Source of the DNA: Cenococcum geophilum
Lineage: Eukaryota
Direction of reading: 5' to 3'
Length of the DNA stretch: 64,000 nt
NCBI GenBank assembly: GCA_050273025.1
Contig: CP158635.1
Coordinates: 17,050,001-17,114,000 of the forward strand
Within the stretch, counting starts at the first letter, position 1. Each line of letters begins with the position of its first letter. Positions 14,201-26,505 of the stretch are shown here, in pieces. The notes beneath the pieces were generated by a model. That model was not told where the DNA came from. It searched no databases and saw nothing but the letters and a program-made list of their open reading frames with translations. A program made the position numbers and the translations under genes.

Positions 14201-15568
14201 GTTAAATCGGATATAGTATAGACAAGCTCCAGAAACTATAGGGATAGGGCTACAGCCTAAGGCAGGACGGGTCCTTAGCCTTTTCATATATATAGCATAG
14301 AGTTAATAGGGCATTTTGCTAGAATTATATTCCTATTTATTAATCTATACTAGTGTGGTGGGGTAAAATAGGCCACTGCTTAGTGCCTTGGCATTTCCTG
14401 TATATATTAAGCCTTCGGCTTCTCTCCTTCTCTTGACGACGACCTACCGGAATACATTCTTTCCTTTCTTTCTTACTGACTGCTTTCCTACTAATTGATT
14501 ACGACTGACGACCGACTGACCGACCGACCGACCGACAGACAGACAGCATTGTGACTTCCTATCTGAGAGGGACCGCGTCCACCACCACATATGGCATTCC
14601 ACGTGGGGACGACGGCAAGCTCTTTAGATTAGAAGTCTGGCATTCTATACACAACTATATACACAGGAGATACGCGCAGGAACATACCACGACTATAGAA
14701 GAACCGCCAGCTGCAGAAGAACGACCAGCTGCAGAAGAACCGCCAGCCAGACAGACGAGAAGAAAGCAGAGAACCAGGCAGTATTGGACAGCAAGGGGAA
14801 CCAGGTAGTCCCTGAACAGAAAGACAGCGGAAAAGACAGACATTAGACTTAACGCACAGGCCAAAGAGTGGCAAAAAGGAGTAGCAAAGGTCTCGGAAAG
14901 TTACGTGTAAGGACGTCTAGCGAACAGGCGAGCCAATCAGACAACTTTAACCGGTCGGAATTACCTAATATTTCTACTACCCGCGCACGAGCATGGCCAG
15001 AGCTTTATTAAAGATATAGAGATGACAAGTAGCTAAGGGCCAACGAGATCTAAGGTATCTGGCGGCAAAGGAAGTTAGCGCTGCCCTTTAGGAACAGAAG
15101 AGAGAACACCAAAAAAAGCCGTAAGCATATAAGATCAGATCTGCCCTTAAAAGCTTCCTATTCTAGCTTAACTTTATCTTCTTTTAAGTTATCCGGATCG
15201 TGTTAACAGCGGCTGCAGAGGCGTTCCATAAAGAAGTAGATATAGGCAGAAGCGTAAGGCTTAGCAGCACCCTACTGTGTGGAGCAACGGCAGGCCAAAA
15301 CAGACGGACGTATCGAGACCCGGCAGTAGTAGAAGATAGCGATTCTATGCTCTCCTAAGAAGACCGACCTCTAGGTGTTAAGAAGCAGCTAGAAGGAACC
15401 GAAGCCTATACTTCTTTTACTAAGTATAAACCAACACTAGGACAGCCACCTAAGACTAGTAACCCTTAGTAGACGAAGGATATAAGCTGTAAGGACCACC
15501 TGCAAGCTCTTAAGGAAGCGCTAGATGCACGTAACCAGCGGTCAACAGCTTAAGACAAGGTCTACGTT

Positions 15569-17273
15569 ATGGTCCAGCCTATACCAGCCCCAGGAACTGC
15601 TAGAGCTCCTTACTTTACAGGACAGAATATATCACAGTTTATTAAGCAGTACGAACGGCTATGCGCCCGATATCACATTATAAGCAAGGAGAAGCACCAG
15701 GGCCTTCTAGAGTACTGCAATTATTAGATAGGGATGTAGATCCGAAGCCTGCCTAAGTTCGTAATTGGTGACTGGACGGAGCTTGTAAGAAGGCTTAGGA
15801 CCGAATATTAAGCCGAGGACTACTACCGACGCATGGAGATAAGAGACTTTGTTAAGGCATTTGTTAGGAAGTCAGCGGAGCAGCTAGGAAATCTGCGTCA
15901 CTATATACAAGATTTCACCAGTATCTCAGCTAAAGCAGTAGCCGCAGGAAACCTTACTGAGCAAGAGAAGGGGCAATGGTTTGTGCGAGGACTTCCTATT
16001 AAATACTACAAGCACGTAATGGAAAAGACAGGAGCTGTAGCAGACGAGCCTAGTACCCTTATATTTAAGAGACTAAAGGAGGCCGTAAAGTTAAGGATAG
16101 TAGCTATAAAGGGCGCCAAGTAAATAGATGTCCTTCCGAAAGAAGACGCCCTAAATGTCCAGCTTATACAGGAGCTACGGTAGTAAAGGGATGGGCTTGA
16201 CCGTAGGAGAGAAGGAAGACTTCTTGACCTAGCTAGGCTAGGTGTACACGGAGGAGCCCTAATGTAGTAGTAGTCACCTACGACGGATTAGGAAATAGAC
16301 GAAACGGTAGGGCAGCTAAGGAGCCTAAAATTAACCAAGACGGAGCTTGCGGCAGCTATATAGTTGATGCCGTTTCTTGATTAAATACAGAAGGACCTAA
16401 AGAAGCTTATAACGCTTTCGAATCAAGCCGCAGCTTAAGGCCTAGCATAAGGATATAGCCTAGCACCAGGATACAAAGACTGGCAGAACAGCACCTAAGC
16501 TCCCTTTGCTCCGTAAGACTTTCGATATCCGTATGATTTTCAATATCTGCAAGACTATCGACCTCCGTAAGACTCTCGATATCCGCAAGGTTCTACCGCC
16601 TTTAGACAGCCGCAACGGGACGCACGGGGTACACGAGGACAAGGCCTACAGACCTGTTTTAGATGCGGAGGAAGTCACCGTTTCACTAAGCACGAATGTC
16701 AAGGCTTAAAGGATCTTATTTAGCAAGGATTTATGCATCTATCTAATTGAGGAAGACTAGCAGCTAGGATACGCGATCGGCCTAGACCTGTACTCCCGTA
16801 GCTTGGCAATAAAGGACGGCTAAAAGGTATTAAGAACTGGCTCCGTACGTACTAAGGAATAGACCTAGCTATAGATCGGAAAAGGGAAGGATAAGGACAG
16901 ACGCAGCAACAGGCCCTAATAGTATAAACGGATTTTACTGCTTTCTATAACGGAGTAGTACTACAAAACAGTAACGAAATATGGACGAACTAGGAGGACT
17001 GCTATTAAGTACGGCCCACGGACTTAGTAACGCCTAGCCAGCAACGTCCGCAGACTTGCTCAACCCTTAGAGACAGCCGTGCAACTAGGACAACCGTTAA
17101 GTAGCAGCAGGCACAGCCGTAGGAGAGGAATGTACGACCGGGAGATTACATCCAGATTGGGTCACAGCCTACGGATAAGACGGCTAAAGCTAGGAAGAAG
17201 AATAAATCGTCTAATCCTTGGAGACGGTCTTAGAGACGGACGCTTAAGCAACAGGCTCTGCAGTAGGCTCTGA
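15569..17273 (+). pseudogene. gag-like protein of element C (end approximate)
   Basis: MVQP.PAPGTAGAPYFTGQNISQFIKQYERL start resembles fungal retroelement Gag. Includes ORF 15833-16123 and a CF.CGGSH...C knuckle-like motif at ~16655-16700. Confidence 0.65.
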
Positions 17274-17461
17274 AGCAGGCTCCGCCGCAGGTGTAGGATA
17301 TTTAACTAGGGGACAGTCAAGTTCTAAGGTGGGGGAGGGGACGCAGGTAACGGCCGCATAAAAGATTTCTATTTATCTGCTTAGTTACAGTATTTCCTAA
17401 GGCTCCTTTTCTTATTTACTTTCTTAATCGCAACGCGTTAAGACGCGTCAGTCGCTGCTGC

Positions 17462-17577
17462 AAAGATGCCAGCTTAGCTCACCGCCTATCGCCGAGCTAA
17501 TAGCGATTTTCCATCCCGGGGATGGAAAATCCTAATTGGTCCATTCAGCAATAGAGCCGGCAGAACTCTATACCGCC
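17462..17577 (+). other. Conserved palindromic module Y, copy 1
   Basis: Alignable to 23665-23780 and 41948-42065. Contains the hairpin GATTTTCCATCC-cgg-GGATGGAAAATC. Confidence 0.85.
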
Positions 17578-17989
17578 CCTAGAATTCGATAATACACCAG
17601 CTGCATGACGAGAACGGCACCAAGAGCCTTAATTGATTGCATAGATATAGAGCCGGTTGTACGATGCAGAGCTAGACGCAGAGCTGTATGCAGAGCATTG
17701 ATTGAATGACTGCACAGAAGCCACGATCAGCCGTATATAGATGCAGACCTGCGGCCAGCCAAAGAACCGAATCAAGCCAGAGCCTCGACATTAGCACATC
17801 TCGTCCCTGAATCAAATCAGTCAAATATCGTCAAATTAGAGCCTTCGACCGGGCCGACTTTGTTCCTTATTCAAACAACAGCTAATCGCAGCACGACTGT
17901 TACTGCCACCCGAATTCAGCACTGTATTAGCTGCACAACGAGAACAGACGCCGCGATAAGGAAGGGACCTATATAAAGGCAACAGCACG

Positions 17990-18670
17990 ATATCAGTGAC
18001 AAAGCACCGTAGAAATGGTAGAGCAGTATATAAAAAGGCACTGCAAGAGATCGTATATAGGGCACGGCTGACCACGTTAAGCCTAAGCTATCCTTATACG
18101 ACTGAAGACGGGACCGAGCCGTGTCTAGCTGAGCTAGTAAAGGACCTTGTTGAGATTTATAAGGGAAACAGGAATTAGACGTACAGGGGCTAGCGCTTTT
18201 CCTCAGAGGTCGTCTTAATAAAGGACTGTATTGTGGACATAAGGGCAAGGGATATGCGACGGAGGTAGTTATAACAGCCGAGAAGCTGCTACCGGATGGT
18301 TTCGAAGGACGACTTAGACGAAGCATAGAGTCAGTAGACAGCAATTAAGAGACTAGAAGCAGAAAACAATCTTAAGAAGGTTCTTAAGCCGGAAGAAAAT
18401 CAAGGATATGTAAGTGTACTGCCAGTAGCGGGAATAAAGAAGTAGCCGCAAAAGCCTAAGGATGCACCAAAGAAGCCAAAAGTAAGGACGGCTTAGAAAA
18501 GGAAGAAAGCAGCTGTCAAGGACGTCCTATAAAAGCGCTAGGCCTGTTATAGTGGTTCAGAGGAAGCTACCGTTAGTGCTCACAAAGAAGGAAGTCTTAA
18601 GACGGGTCTCTAGATTGGACGTCTAGTAGACACTAAGAGCCCTAATTATACGATGCGGAGCCTTGATTAA
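17990..18670 (+). pseudogene. Unknown ~225-codon ORF inside element C (charged, Lys-rich C-terminus), RIP-broken
   Basis: The frame of ORF 17996-18178 continues to ~18670 through TAG/TAA stops explainable by RIP. Confidence 0.4.
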
Positions 18671-20968
18671 CTGTATAGATATAAGGCTTTAACCAAACGA
18701 CTATGCAGCTAGAGTTTTAATTGATTGTCCGTAGATGCCAAACCTACGGATGCAGAGCCTCGATCGTATATACAGCAGAAGATACCTTAAGTCAAGCTAA
18801 AGCCTCTGTCAAATCCTAATCAGTTAAACGCCGCCTATATAAGTCAAGTCATCAAATTAGAGCCTTCGGTCGGGCCAACCTAATACCCTATTTAAACGTC
18901 AGTCAATTATACGTTGTCACAGTCAAATCAAATGAGTCACCGTCGCCGTCAAACGTCTTCAATCGGCAGCCAAAGATGCATCACCGCAGGCACGCAGGCA
19001 CGCAGGCACTAGACCTAATTAGGAAACCAGTATACGGCTAACAGAACGTCAGAAGCACAGCCAATTAACGTCTTAGAGCCTCTGCGAGAGCCTCTTCCCT
19101 TAACTACCTACCTCCGTATTAATCGATTGCTGCCTGTCTTAACGCCTACGGATTAGTTAACCAAAACAATCTTTCCTACAGATATAGATACGGAGCTTTA
19201 CACAGAGTCTCACACGGAGTCGCATATGGACCCTACGGATATAGAGCATATAGGTGCAGATCCTTAATTGGACAACAGTACGGCAGCTTAACTAGACGCC
19301 TATAAATGCAAAGCCTTAATTAAACGGCAGATGCGGAACCTTAACCGATCAGACGTCTATACGGAAGCTTTAATCAACTATCTACGGATATAGGGCCCCA
19401 GTCGTACATGCAGCAGAAGACACCTTAAGTCAAGCCAGGGCCTCATTAAGTCTAAATCAGCTGAACGCTGTCTCCGCATTTAAATCAGGACAATTAGGGC
19501 CTTCAACCGGGCCGACTTTCTACCTTAATCAAACAACCGAACGATCAGTTGCAGCACATCGTCGCCGACCAATTAGACAGTCTTCGGCCAGCAGTTAAGG
19601 CAGCCATGTACACATACACACAGACACGGACGCAGACATGGACGCAGAATATGCAATATAGAGCTATTAATGCCAGCCAGATGTATAGCTAGACGCGCAG
19701 CCAGACGCACAGCTAGACGCACAGCTAGATGCAGGGCCTGATGCAACGCCACGGATAGAGCCTTAATTAAGAAGCTGCGTACGATGCAGACCGATACAGA
19801 GCTAGATGTAGAGTTTTAATACCAAACGGCAGCGGAACGATCGAGTCAACCCAGAGCCTCTGCTACCTTGATTGGCTGTCCTGCCACCGCCGCTGCTGCC
19901 GCTATTCCGTCCAGCTATTTCGTCCTTACTATCTCAACCGACTGCTATCTCTACCGTCCTAGATTTATACCGCTGCTAGGTCTATTTACTGCTAGATCTG
20001 CTAGATCTATCATGCCGTTCTATACTGCTATTCCAACCAATCTGTTCTACTGCTGCCGACTAGCTGTTCTACCGCTGCCACTACTGCCATTGCTATTCCG
20101 ACTGTTCCGTTCTATTATTCCGATTATTCTACTGCTACCGTTCTTACTAACTGCTACTGACTGACTGCTACCGACTGACTGCTACCGACCGTCTGCCGCT
20201 ACCGAGATTTCTACTACTAAAAGTTCTGCTGCTGGATGTCCTACTGTTTACTAACTGTTACCGAATTCTTCTACCGAGTATTCTACCGCGCTGACTGTCT
20301 GCCGTATTACTATTGCTACTACCGTTACTGTTGCTGCTATTACTGCTATTACTGCTGTTGCTACTGTTACTGCTACCGTTATTGTTTCTAGTTTACTGCT
20401 GTCCTAGTTGCTAGGTTGGATCTTAGCTATAGGTAACGGAGGACGCCGTGGAACAGTTCTATAGGAGGGCTGAGGACAAGGTTACCTGTGTTCTTTTAGG
20501 GGTGTGCTTTCCTTTTTCTATTCTGCTTTTGCTTTACTTTCGTTTAGCTATTCTTCTATAGTATAGAACGTTAGGGGATAACGTTCTTAGTGGGGGAGGT
20601 ATGTAGTGGGGTAAAATGGGCCACTGCTTAGTGCCTTGGCATTTCCTGTATATATTAAGCCTTCGGCTTCTCTCCTTCTCTCGACGACGACCTACCGGAA
20701 TACATTCTTTCCTTTCTTTCTTACTGACTGCTTTCCTACTGATTGATTACGACTGACGACCGACCGACCGACCGACCGACCGATAGACAGACAGCATTGT
20801 GACTTCCTATCTGAGAGGGACCGCGTCCACCACCATACTAGGAATATTATTTCTAGGGCTCCCAAGCCCTTCCTAAAAGCCTTCTAAGGCCTTCCTAAGC
20901 ACCTAATTAAGGTCCTTAATTGCTACTATATATAAGAATAAATCCCAAATACCTAATCTGAAAAGCCA

Positions 20969-21924
20969 CTATGCCTTATCCTCAGGAGTAGGATTAGTAT
21001 CCATCGGCCCTCTAAGGGATGGCTGACGAGAATGAGATCTAGACCCCTTAGTAGGGGTATGAGTAGGCATAAAAATAGGGGTAGGATGATAAGGTGTAGC
21101 TAGGGCAGAGATCCTTAAACGCTTAACACTAATATTAGGTCTAAACTAATACTAATAAAGCTCTTGTGGCGTAAGCTTATAGTTAATAAAGATACGCTTA
21201 AGCCCAGAATAAACAGAGACGTTAGCTGGCTAGTATAGCCCAAAACCACCAAGACCTTGCTACAGCAACTATTAATTACCTATCCGCTAGGTACCTAAAG
21301 GGTAACCTACCTAATACCGCATTATATTATGCTCTTTTAAAACTTAACGCGTATACGCAAACTTCTTCCTATAGTAGACAGCGACCTTCTTCTTATTACC
21401 CCTATCCCGTACCCTATCCTTAGTATACTAACCTTACTCTCGTATTAGGCATTACTGGCTAGCTTACTAGGAATTATGGGCGGTGTAAATAGCTGTGGTA
21501 TAGTCTCAAATTTAACTAAGACATTTAGCATTAGCGCTGGAATGAGACAAAGCCCGGGTAATGTAGTAGTTAAGGACATTAAAGGATTGTTGCCACTTAG
21601 GCCCAGGCTATTAAAGCTTAAAGTTAGCAATGGAAATCTATTAAGGATAGAAAAGCTTACCTTAACGTAACTACTGCTCTTAGTACGCATGCATTAATTA
21701 TAAGAACTAAAGGTATTAGATTTAACGCAGTGCGTCTTATTATAAGCCTCTAGAATCCTGTTATTAGATTTCTGGTCTTTTAAAGACATATAGGCAAAAT
21801 TATTTAGGTAGGACTAGCACTAGTTACAAGTTAGTAAAGGTTAGGGTTCTATATATAAAGGTAGGGCTAGGATACGCTATAGAATCTACTTAAAAGAGCA
21901 GTTAGTAGGAGAACAAAGAGGCAT
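20969..21924 (-). pseudogene. Antisense accessory gene of Gypsy B: Cys-cluster protein with one intron (21608-21660)
   Basis: ATG at 21924. In-frame CxxC...C...CxRCMRTKSGSCVK, then a 53-nt GTAAGC...GCTAAC...TAG intron. Conserved in B copy 2. Confidence 0.65.
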
Positions 21925-22974
21925 ATTAAATTATTAATGGAAAAGAAGAAAATCTTAATAATATATCGAAGATACGTCTAAAATTGGACGAAGGTTAATA
22001 ATGGGAAAGTAAGGTGTTAAGGAAAAGGAGCTGCTTAATAAGCAAAGGTATCCTTATACTTTACTGTCTAATACCCTTCTAGTAAATAGCCGTAACCTTA
22101 CTAATATAACTCTGTTATAATAGCGCTATTTAAAAGAAAAAAAACACGTGTATAAGTTATTTAACTATTACTTCCTTATAAAAACTAACTACGCGGCCAG
22201 GGGAAGGTAATTAAAACGTTAAATTAAAGATATATATAGGTTAAATTAGACCTAAAATAATACTATAGTATTAAAGAATAACGTTATAGACGTTCTTAAT
22301 AATCGTATAATAGTTACAATTACTATCGCGAAATGTCCCTATTTACTAGGTAGTAAAGCTACGCCAAATATACAGCACAAGATTACTAGATTTAAAACCA
22401 TATACACTAAATCTTAAGAGATAAGTCTCTTTAACTAACTAATTAATACCTTAACCGTATTTAATAGCCTAAGGGCAAATATAGGAGTAATGCGTTAGTG
22501 ACGCAGAGGATTATAAGAAAAGGATTATAAGAAAGAATTATAGACTATATTTTAGTAGTTAAAGACAACAGTAAGCTAAGGCTCTATACGTTAAATCCTA
22601 TACTAAAAGGTTCTATAGAACTATACTAGAACACTAAATTGCCTATAATACTTATAATTGATTACAGACCGGCATAAAGGCTTAGAAGCAGAGTTGTATA
22701 AAAATCCCTATATTAGCCTAGGTAGTCACCGGTATACTTCTAGTAAGCTTTTAATAGGTCTCCTAGCAATCCTCACGTCTTTTCTCTAGTTACGTTTTTC
22801 CCTTATTAAGGTTTTTTAGGAGTTTAAAGTAGGGGTTAGATAGATAGATAATATATAGCGGCATACTAATACTTCTCTAATATCTCTCCGAACCTCTTCC
22901 GGGATAAGCCCTTATAATCTCCCTACCGTAAGGTAATAGTAATTGGGGGCCGACTATAAGAAGGGGGGGGGTAA

Positions 22975-23189
22975 TATAAGGGATATTATTGCGGACACCT
23001 TGGGTTGCCCTTAGGACAACCCCTAGACGCCCCTTGGATAGTTGCTAGTCACGTGCTAAAGGCACATGCCCGTAGTATATAGTCTCCACAATCCTAAAGG
23101 CCTTACCTCCTTAAGGATTCGTCTCTCTTACTAATCTATCCTATTCCAATCGTGTCCTTATAGCCCCCTATCTATAAGATCCCCTCACA
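22975..23189 (+). repeat. Gypsy B 3' LTR
   Basis: Matches the split 5' LTR; preceded by a PPT; ends CACA. Confidence 0.93.
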
Positions 23190-23194
23190 TATAT

Positions 23195-24168
23195 AAACTT
23201 GCTATAACCCTTAAAGGGTAAACCTATAACTCGCGAAGTACCACTACTACCTTCCGTAATTATTAATAACGGCAACGGTTCTTATTTTATTAACTTAATT
23301 AATAATATATAATAGAAGATATAATCTAAATAATTTAAACTTCTTATTAAATAGAAAGGATATAAAATATAAACTTAGGAAACCTATAACTAGATTAAGA
23401 CTAATACGCCTTCCCTAGTAAAAGAATTCTATAAGAACTATTCTTTATGGCCTGCTCTAGCTAGATAAATACAATATAAAAGCAAATAATTATTACCTAA
23501 TATAAATACACGAAACATAATAGCAGGAAGCTTGAAATTAAAAAAGACTTAAAATACGTTATAACGTTTATAATATAATTATATAATATATAAGATATTA
23601 AGGAACTTTAACCACCAGTTAAAGTTATTTAATTAGTTAGATCTGCCTTACCAAGACCTACTATAAAGATATTAGTTCTACTTACCGCCTTAACTAAGCT
23701 AATAGCGATTTTCTATTCTGGGAATGGAAAATCCTAATTAGTCCATTTAATAATAGAATTGGTAAAACCCTATACTGCTACCTAACGCGAAAATACAATA
23801 CGCAATAAGTTATAAGTCTTAACTAAAATTAAATTATTTAGACCTTTGGTTAAAAGGGGGGGTACTATAACGGGACTAGCCCAGTTATAGTAGGAATGTC
23901 TTAGTAAAACACTTAACAGATAAATTCCAACGCTTTAACCAAAATCTGCCAGATTAATTAAATTACTAAAGTCCGTTAAAGACCGCGTGCGTATATATAC
24001 ACGCATCAACCACTAAGCCCCTAACTATTTAATTATATAATTCTCTTATTATTCCTTTCTCTTCTTTACGTAATGTCTTGTTCTTAGCGAGAGCTATATA
24101 CCCTTAGATTTAGATAGAATTTATATTATTCCTTTAAATCTTCCCCGAAGTCTCTCCACGCCCTTACA
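23195..24168 (+). mobile_element. Gypsy A 3' end: chromodomain, 3' UTR (modules X and Y), PPT and 3' LTR (23866-24168)
   Basis: Chromodomain-like LLIKW.GY...WE.Y (~23340-23400). PPT AAAAGGGGGGG at 23852-23862. LTR runs T(G)TAAC...TTACA. Confidence 0.8.
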
Positions 24169-24902
24169 CCCTGCTTAATCTCAATTTTATAGTTATATAG
24201 TTAGTAAAGTAAAAGTATATTAGACGCTGCTTTAGAGAATATATCCTTAAATTTCTGGTGTTAATAAGGCAGCTTTTATTCTGCTAGTTCCTTATTTATA
24301 AGCTCGCTTTCTTATTTACTAAACTTACTTCCCTTTTCCTTAATTATTTAATTAATTTTGTATAAGCTTATTATAAAAGTAACGGTATTAGGCTAAACAA
24401 AGTTCTAGTAGAATCCTATAGCACTAATATAGCAGATATTAACTAGTAGGAGGTCCGCTAGTTTCCTTATAGCCGTTTTCTAGACCGTATTTTACAGTTT
24501 AGGGTTTATAATCTTTTTTAGCTCCTATTCCATCTTTTATAAATTATCCCTCTAATCTATTAGTTTAGTGTAACGTCTAATATCCCTTATTATTCTTTAT
24601 AGCTATATAGGGCCTAAGCTCTCTATAGGGAGCTTTTTTAGATTACTATTAACTTCCTAGGTCTTTAATATAGGTAGTTTAGGGGTAACGTAGTATATGG
24701 ATCTGTTGCAAATTAAGCTATATATATTTCTTAAAGGCCTAATCTCTACGCATAGTATTAGCCTAGTAAATAGTATTAATCTAGGGCTGTATAAGGTTTT
24801 CTATTATAATACTAATTTCTTTTATAAAGGAAGGGGTTAAGGGTAGGGTTTTAGGCTAAATAAGCCGTCTACTTTATATATTAAGCTATAAGCCTAAATA
24901 GG
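24169..24902 (-). pseudogene. Gypsy F pol fragment (between protease and start of RT)
   Basis: Minus frame ends in an LP.HR.YDHKIEIK-like RT-start motif at the Gypsy A junction. Joins 60904 across the Gypsy E TSD ATAGG. Confidence 0.7.
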
Positions 24903-26505
24903 TATAACGGAATCCCCTAAAAGGTACATATTAGATAAAACAATAGGAGGTTTTATCTATATCCTATTTATATTTTATCTACGTCCTAGAAGACATAGTT
25001 AGATAAATAAGGGGCGAAGGGTTTTACTAGCGTCTTAGAAGGATTATATAGGGAGCTAGTTCTCCTCTAAAGAAGAGCTAGTAATTAGTCTCTAAATAGA
25101 AGAGGTTAGAAAGCATTTATCCTTTATATATAAAGATCGTTCTACCTTAACTTATCTTCTACTTACCTATAACTCTTATTCTATACTATTAATTAAATAA
25201 TTATACATTCTGGTTAAACTGGCCTTTTATAATTCTAATATAAGGGGATCTTATAGACAGGGGGCTATAAGGACACAATTGTAAAACAGAATAGATTAGT
25301 AAGAGAGACGAATCTTTAAGGAGGTAAGGCCTCTAAGATTATGGAGACTATATACTATAGGCACGTGCCTCTAGCACGTAACCGGCGACTATCTAAGGGG
25401 CATCCAGGGGTTGTCCTAAGGGTAACCTAAGGTGTCTATAATAATATCCCTTATATTACCCCCCCCCTTCTTACAGTTAGCCCCTAATCGCTATTACCTT
25501 ATAGTAGGGAGATTATAAGGGCTCGTTCCGGAAGAAGTTTGGAGAGATATTAGAAAGGTATTAGTATGCCGCTATATATTATTTATCTATCTAACCCCTA
25601 CTTTAAACTCCTAAAAAACCTTAATAAGGGAAAAACGTAACTAGAGAAAAGATATAAGAATTACTAAAAGACCTATTAGAAGCCTACTAGAAGTATACTA
25701 ATAACTACCTAGGCTAATATAGGGATTTTTATACAACTCTGCTTCTAAGCCTTTATACTAGTCTATAATTAATTATAAGTATTATAGGTAATTTAGTGTT
25801 CTAATATAGTTCTATAGAACCTTTTAGTATAGGATTTAACGTATAGAGCCTTAGCTTACCATTATCTTTAACTGCTAAGATATAGTCTATAATTCTTTCT
25901 TATAATCCTTTTCTTATAATCCTCTATATCACTAACGCATTACTCCTATATTTGCCCTTAGGCTATTAAATATGGTTAAGGTATTAATTAGTTAGTTAAA
26001 GAGACTTATCTCTTAAGATTTAATATATATAGTTTTAAATCTAGTGGTCCTATGCTATATATTTAGCGTAGCTCTACTACCTAGCAAATAGGGATATTTT
26101 GCGATAACAATTATAGCTATTATACGATTATTAAGAACGTCTATAACGTTATTCTTTAATACTATAGTATCGTTTTAGGTCTAATTTAACCTATATACGT
26201 CTTTAATTTAATATCTTAATTGCCTTCCCCTAGCCGCGTAGTCAGTTTTTGTAAGGAAGTAATAGTTAAATAACTTATACGCGTGTTTCCTTTCTTCTAA
26301 ATAGCGCTATTATAACGGAGTTATATCGGTAAGGTTGCGGCTATTTATTAGAAGGGTATTAGACAGTAAAGTATAAGAACACCTTTACTTATTAAGCAGC
26401 TCCTTTTCCTTAATACCTTACTTTCCTATTATTAACCTTTATCTAATTTTAAATGTATCTTTAATATATTATTAAGATTTTCTTCTTTTCCATTAATAAT
26501 TTAAT

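Larger units (their letters stand above)
14354..20837 (+). mobile_element. Non-autonomous LTR element C (gag-like ORF, no recognisable pol)
   Basis: 236-bp LTRs at 14354-14589 and 20602-20837. PPT GGGGGAGG before 20602. 4-bp TSD CTAG at 14350-14353 and 20838-20841; the empty site is visible in B copy 2 near 27600-27620. Confidence 0.9.
1504..23189 (+). mobile_element. Gypsy/chromovirus LTR retrotransposon B (copy 1), carrying nested Copia and element C
   Basis: 215-bp LTRs: 1504-1509 plus 7785-7993 (split by Copia) and 22975-23189. PPT at about 22958-22971. TSD TATAT at 1499-1503 and 23190-23194. Confidence 0.92.

Noticed and set aside
17462..17577. Module Y as a hammerhead, twister or HDV ribozyme
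   Set aside because: No CUGAUGA/GAAA pair, no conserved twister core and no UCCHCG-type L3 on either strand across the three copies.
19868..20430. 98-aa hydrophobic ORF and (CTG/CTA)-rich tract as an env-like gene
   Set aside because: Low-complexity trinucleotide-rich sequence with no convincing start or domain.
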